From: Candidatus Cloacimonadota bacterium
Lineage (GTDB): Bacteria > Cloacimonadota > Cloacimonadia > Cloacimonadales > TCS61
DNA length: 64,000 nucleotides
Direction of reading: 5' to 3'
Assembly (NCBI GenBank): GCA_021735645.1
Contig: JAIPGP010000002.1
Span: forward strand, 383-64,382
Positions 59,664-64,000 of the stretch are shown piece after piece (the first letter of the stretch is position 1; each line of letters opens with the position of its first letter). A program made the translations under genes and the position numbers. Under the pieces are notes generated by a model that worked only from the letters and a program-made list of their open reading frames with translations, had not been told where the DNA came from and did not search any database.

Positions 59664-62600
59664 TAATCACCTCCGATAATATCATTCAAATCCAAAGATT
59701 CGAAGACAGAAAAGAGTTGTTCATTAGAAAAACCTCTCAGGTTAAGGGCGGCACAGCGACAGGATGCCACACAGGCACCACAGCCTTTGCAGAGAGCTTC
59801 ATTCACGACTGCTATTTCCTTTTCGGGATCTATTTTTATAGCATTATAGGCACATATTTCCTCACAAAATCCGCAGCCTGAGCAGCGGGATTCATTCACT
59901 TCTGTGATAGTGCCTTCCGCCAGGACGGATTTTTTATTAAGATATGTCATAGCGCGGCTGGCTGCTGCTTTTGCCTGGGTAATGCTCTCATCCATATCTT
60001 TGGGATTGTGGGCAAGTCCAGCCACAAAAACACCTTCAGTGGCAAAGTCCACCGGGCGGAGTTTTACGTGAGCTTCCAGGAACATGCCATCAGTATTTAG
60101 CGAGATTTTGAGCATTTTTGCCAGATCAATATTTTCTTTTCTGGCATCAATAGCTGTTGCCAGCACCAGCAGGTCTGCATCTACCACAACTTCTTTATCC
60201 ATAATGGGATCAAACACAGTTACACTCACCTTGCTGCCAGGGTCCCATTCATCTGCTAAAGTCACCTGCGGTTTGTTCTCAGGAGTGTAATGCACAAACA
60301 TAGCTCCCTGGTCACGCAATTCAGTATAGTATTTTTCTCTGAAGCCATAGGTTCTTATATCGCGGTAGGCAATATAGATATTTACGTTGGGGAACTTCTT
60401 TTTCAGGTTCAGAGCGTTTTTAACGGCTTTGGTACAACATACTCTACTGCAATACATTTTGCCTTCTTCCCTTGAGCCTACGCACTGGATCATTACCACA
60501 TTTTTGAGCTTTGGTTTAGGAAAGTCCTGATCATGCAGCATTTTTTCAAATTCTACCTGCGTAACGATCCGGGAAGATTCACCGTATAAATATTCCGTGG
60601 TAACATGTTCATCAGCACCAGTAGCCACGATAACAATGCCATGCTCTATTTCCTGTTTTTGTTTTGTGTCTTTATCTATGATAACAGTTTTATAATTCCC
60701 TACAAAGCCATCGATATTTTCAATGTCCACATTAGTATGCACTTCAATTAATTCGTGATTAGTCACATACTCAATTTTTTCTGCCAGCAGTTTTTGCGGA
60801 TCATTGCCAAAATTGAAGAAAATATTACGCATATTTCCACCCAGTTCGGCTTCCTTTTCTAATAGATAGGTCATAAATCCTGCTTCAGCCAGGGATTGGG
60901 CAGCAGTCATACCAGCCAGTCCACCCCCAATGATCAATGCCTGAGGATTAATATCAATAGGAAGACGCTGCAGGGGAGTAAGTTTTCGGGCTTTAGCAAT
61001 CCCCATGCGAACCAGGTCTTTAGCTTTTTGAGTAGCCAGTTCCGGCTCGTTCATATGTGCCCAGCTGCATTGATCGCGGATATTTGCCATTTCAAACAGG
61101 TAGGGATTAAGCCCTGCTTCAGCAATTGTCTGGCGAAACAGCGGTTCGTGTGTTCTGGGAGTGCAGGCAGCAACAATGATCCGGTTCAGGTTATGTTCTT
61201 TTATCCTTTCTTTGATAGTATTCATGCAGTCCTGCGAGCAGGCATACATCAGGTCTTCGGCATGCTCCACATTAGGAAGATTTCGGGCAGATTCTGCTAC
61301 AGCTTTCACATCAACCACGCCGGCAATATTAATACCGCAATGGCAGACAAAAGCACCAACTCGCGGTCTTTCACCTTTTACATCTTTCTCCGGTTCAGCG
61401 TCTTTATCTTCGGTGATTTCCTGTCGTTCCAGCTTTAGATATTTTACGGCATCAGCTACAGCACCAGAGGCAGTAGTAACAGATTCAGGAATATCTTTGG
61501 GACCATTCAGGGCACCGCACACATAAATTCCTTCGCGGGTGGTTTGCAAAGGTGTGAAGGCATTAGAGCGGCAGAAGCCATATTCATTCAATTTAATATC
61601 AAGCTTTTGGGCTAACTTCACGATGTTTGCCCGAGGCTGCAAGCCAATTGATAATACCACCAGATCATAATCTGAATAATGAATATCACCGTTTTCTAAA
61701 ACATATTTCAGAGTCAGCGAACCATCATCTGTTTCTGAAATTTCAGCAACTTTGGATTTAATGAATTCCACTTCGTACTGGAATTTTGCCTTTTCATAAT
61801 ACTTATCAAAATCTTTACCGTAGGCTCGAATATCCATATAGAAAATTGAGGCTTTTAAACCTTTAATATGTTCCCTGGCGATCATAGCCTCTTTAATGGC
61901 AAACATGCAGCAGGCAGATGAACAGTAGTTATGGTCAATGCTTTCATCCCGAGAACCTACGCATTGGATAAAAGCAATACTTTGGGGTTCTTTATGGTCA
62001 TAAGCTCTCACTACATGCCCGCCCAAAGGACCTGAAGCAGAAAGCATCCTTTCAAATTCCAGAGAAGTAACTACATTCTTATAGCTTTTATAACCGAAAT
62101 GACCAAAACCTATGGGATCAAAGGCATCTATACCAGTAGCCAGGATTACTGCTCCCACTTTTAGTGAAATTTCCTGATCTGTATCCTGATAATTTATTGC
62201 CTGAGCGGGGCATACTTTTTCACAGATACCGCAGACGCCTTTAGTGAGTTTCAGACATTTCTCCGGATCAATAGTATATTCAGAAGGAATACTCTGCAGG
62301 AAGTATCTGGATATCGCTCCCCGTTTTCGCAAACCCATATCAAATTCATCATCTACTTTCACAGGGCACTTTGATTCACAGATACCGCAGGCTACGCATT
62401 TCACCGGGTCCACGTATTTAGCTGCCTGCAGAACCTTGACGGTGAAATCTCCCGGCTCACCTTCTAAGGCTGAGATATTGGATTTTATATAAATTTTAAT
62501 GTTAGGATGACGGGCACATTCACTCATTTTAGGTGCCAGAATACACATGGAGCAATCATTAGTCGGAAAGGTTTTATCTAATTGCGGCATTCTGCCGCCA

Positions 62601-62719
62601 ATCGATGCTGATTCTTCGATCAGGTGAACCTGTAATCCCATTTCCGCCAGATCAAGTGCTGCCTGTATTCCAGCTATACCTGCCCCCACCACCATTACAG
62701 AACTGCTTTTATGACTCAT
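59663..62719 (-). CDS. hdrA: Heterodisulfide reductase subunit A-like flavoprotein (tandem-domain, 1018 aa)
   Basis: 'GAGIAG', 'LDKTFPTNDCSMC', 'IQCVGSR...CSSACC', 'CHCGIN', 'CSWAH', 'IQCVGSR...CSRVCC', terminal ferredoxin motifs. Confidence 0.92.
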   Translation of the reverse strand: MSHKSSSVMVVGAGIAGIQAALDLAEMGLQVHLIEESASIGGRMPQLDKTFPTNDCSMCILAPKMSECARHPNIKIYIKSNISALEGEPGDFTVKVLQAAKYVDPVKCVACGICESKCPVKVDDEFDMGLRKRGAISRYFLQSIPSEYTIDPEKCLKLTKGVCGICEKVCPAQAINYQDTDQEISLKVGAVILATGIDAFDPIGFGHFGYKSYKNVVTSLEFERMLSASGPLGGHVVRAYDHKEPQSIAFIQCVGSRDESIDHNYCSSACCMFAIKEAMIAREHIKGLKASIFYMDIRAYGKDFDKYYEKAKFQYEVEFIKSKVAEISETDDGSLTLKYVLENGDIHYSDYDLVVLSIGLQPRANIVKLAQKLDIKLNEYGFCRSNAFTPLQTTREGIYVCGALNGPKDIPESVTTASGAVADAVKYLKLERQEITEDKDAEPEKDVKGERPRVGAFVCHCGINIAGVVDVKAVAESARNLPNVEHAEDLMYACSQDCMNTIKERIKEHNLNRIIVAACTPRTHEPLFRQTIAEAGLNPYLFEMANIRDQCSWAHMNEPELATQKAKDLVRMGIAKARKLTPLQRLPIDINPQALIIGGGLAGMTAAQSLAEAGFMTYLLEKEAELGGNMRNIFFNFGNDPQKLLAEKIEYVTNHELIEVHTNVDIENIDGFVGNYKTVIIDKDTKQKQEIEHGIVIVATGADEHVTTEYLYGESSRIVTQVEFEKMLHDQDFPKPKLKNVVMIQCVGSREEGKMYCSRVCCTKAVKNALNLKKKFPNVNIYIAYRDIRTYGFREKYYTELRDQGAMFVHYTPENKPQVTLADEWDPGSKVSVTVFDPIMDKEVVVDADLLVLATAIDARKENIDLAKMLKISLNTDGMFLEAHVKLRPVDFATEGVFVAGLAHNPKDMDESITQAKAAASRAMTYLNKKSVLAEGTITEVNESRCSGCGFCEEICAYNAIKIDPEKEIAVVNEALCKGCGACVASCRCAALNLRGFSNEQLFSVFESLDLNDIIGGD

Positions 62720-62736
62720 ATTTATTCCTCGACGAT

Positions 62737-63162
62737 TTACAAAAATATTTGGTTTTTAGTAGGGTTTTCACCCATCTCTTTGATTTTTTCAGTAAACTCA
62801 TTTCCCACCTGAGCAAATTTCTGTCCTTCCGAAGCCGAAATCCAGGTGAGACGCATTCTTTCATCGTCTAAGCCCAGAGTCTTAAAAATCTGTTTCACGA
62901 TAGCTGTCCTTCTGCGGGTATGATAATTACCAACCTGGTAATGACAATCTCCCGGATGTCAGCCACCTACCAGAATGCCGTCTGCGCCCCGCAAATATGA
63001 TTTGATCAGAAATACCGGGTCAACGCGGCTGGAACACATTACCTTAATGGGCAGAATCGCTGTCGGGTACTGCATCCGATTTATACCTGCCAGATCAGCT
63101 CCTGTATATGAGCACCATTTGCATAAAAAACTTAATATCTTAGGTGAAAATTCTTCTTTCAT
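62737..63162 (-). CDS. mvhD: Second MvhD/FlxD [2Fe-2S] subunit, selenoprotein (141 aa; UGA=Sec at 62959-62961)
   Basis: 'CKWCSYTGADLAG', 'MCSSRVDP', 'LVGG-UGA-HPGDCHYQVGN...WISASEG'. The frame continues 73 codons to TAA just before the hdrA RBS. Confidence 0.93.
62926..62961 (-). promoter_or_regulatory. Putative bacterial SECIS element of mvhD copy 2
   Basis: UGA + 16 nt, then stem AUUACCA/UGGUAAU with loop GGU. Confidence 0.65.
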
Positions 63163-63168
63163 AATTAT

Positions 63169-64000
63169 TTATTCTCCCAGTTCCGGAAATTCTTCTTCTT
63201 TATAGATCATTACCGGTATCTCTTCTGCAACGCTTCTGCCTGATACAAAGTCAAACATGCCGGCTGTTTCTTCACCAATTTTCTTGAATACAGCAGCTAC
63301 AGGAATATTTGCCGGACACACATCAGAGCACATACCGCAACCCACGCAGGAAAAACTCATGTGCGATAATCTGCCTAAATGGAAAAACAAGGTGTCAGGT
63401 GGGAGGCGGATAGCACCTTTCTGCTCCAGTTCCTTTTCCAGTATCTGCCGGTTATAATCATAATTAAAGGAATCAAAGTCGCACAGTGTGCAATAACAGA
63501 TAGGACACACGGAATTGCAGCCATGGCAGCCAATACATCTGCCAAATAGATCAATCAGTCCATTTAATCCGGTCTCTTGCGTATTCACACCTGCAAATAG
63601 TTCTTCTTTAGCTGCTTTTCTTTTTGCCAGAAGTGGTTCCAGAATTGATTCATTAAAATCACTATCCATTGTCTCTGTATGCCAAAATCCTGCTAATGAC
63701 CTGGCGATATCAGTCCTTAACCAGGCTTGCAACGAATCATCCTCCGCACCTGCTACGGAAATAAAAATATCTGCTTCCAGCGGATTTATATGTTCACATC
63801 CTGTGCAGGCAGGTCGTATCCCGTCAGGAATTTCCAAACTCTGTACCTGCTGCTGATAGTCTGCTAATACATTATCAATTTCCTGAACAGCATTTATTTT
63901 CAGAGGATATACTCCCCCGCAGCTATAGGTGATAATGATAAAGTTTTCTCTTTTTACCTGTTCTCTTTTCACCATTTCCACAAAGGCTCGGAATTCACAA
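63169..64000 (-). CDS. FrhB/FdhB/FlxC-related [4Fe-4S] protein; 5'-partial
   Basis: Frame open to the window end (CEFRAFVEMVKREQ); 'RPAC..C', 'CIGCHGCNSVCPICYCTLC', 'HMSFSCVGCGMCSDVCP'. Confidence 0.8.
   Translation of the reverse strand, partial: CEFRAFVEMVKREQVKRENFIIITYSCGGVYPLKINAVQEIDNVLADYQQQVQSLEIPDGIRPACTGCEHINPLEADIFISVAGAEDDSLQAWLRTDIARSLAGFWHTETMDSDFNESILEPLLAKRKAAKEELFAGVNTQETGLNGLIDLFGRCIGCHGCNSVCPICYCTLCDFDSFNYDYNRQILEKELEQKGAIRLPPDTLFFHLGRLSHMSFSCVGCGMCSDVCPANIPVAAVFKKIGEETAGMFDFVSGRSVAEEIPVMIYKEEEFPELGE

Noticed and set aside
58870-63162. Genome-wide UGA reassignment (genetic code 4 or 25) as the explanation for the in-frame UGAs
   Set aside because: TGA serves as a normal stop in several genes (ends at 7211, 13122, 14501, 18314, and 58870 itself), and Trp is encoded by TGG.

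Overview
Bacterial chromosomal window, roughly 40% GC by eye, most consistent with an anaerobic FCB-group diderm such as Cloacimonadota. This is inferred from the many secreted proteins ending in a YPNPFNP...K(R)MLLLK sorting domain, a PorV-like barrel and an Hdr/Flx cluster. Five blocks. (1) 1-14.5 kb: a partial C25-like secreted protein, tRNA-Leu(CAA), then an operon of porV-like barrel, M6 metalloprotease, three DUF5683-like paralogs, hutH, a TPR lipoprotein, a membrane protein and truA. (2) 14.5-18.2 kb: an interrupted TPR histidine kinase, an exported protein and a TetR/small-peptide/methyltransferase unit. (3) 18.3-44.4 kb: a 26-kb divergent beta-1,3-glucan (laminarin-type) utilisation locus with GH3, a GH161-like phosphorylase, GH17, GH30, three GH16-type enzymes, an MFS symporter, a 1480-aa non-catalytic repeat/dockerin protein and a GntR-LacI regulator with three visible palindromic operators. 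It has no SusC/SusD pair; instead it has a GH2-like TIM-barrel protein apparently fused to an outer-membrane beta-barrel, followed by a lipoprotein. (4) 44.5-51 kb: an MBL/HD/UDG operon, AraC-GyrI, and a higher-GC PAP2/DAGK pair flanked by dense short-period tandem repeats. (5) 51-64 kb: an Hdr-Flx-type electron-bifurcation cluster with two MvhD/FlxD genes each interrupted by an in-frame UGA at a conserved Cys (selenocysteine), followed by a conserved hairpin with a compensatory base change. The cluster also has a DsrE-family gene apparently starting at ATC, and no hdrB is visible. All family calls come from motif recognition by eye; no database searches were run.
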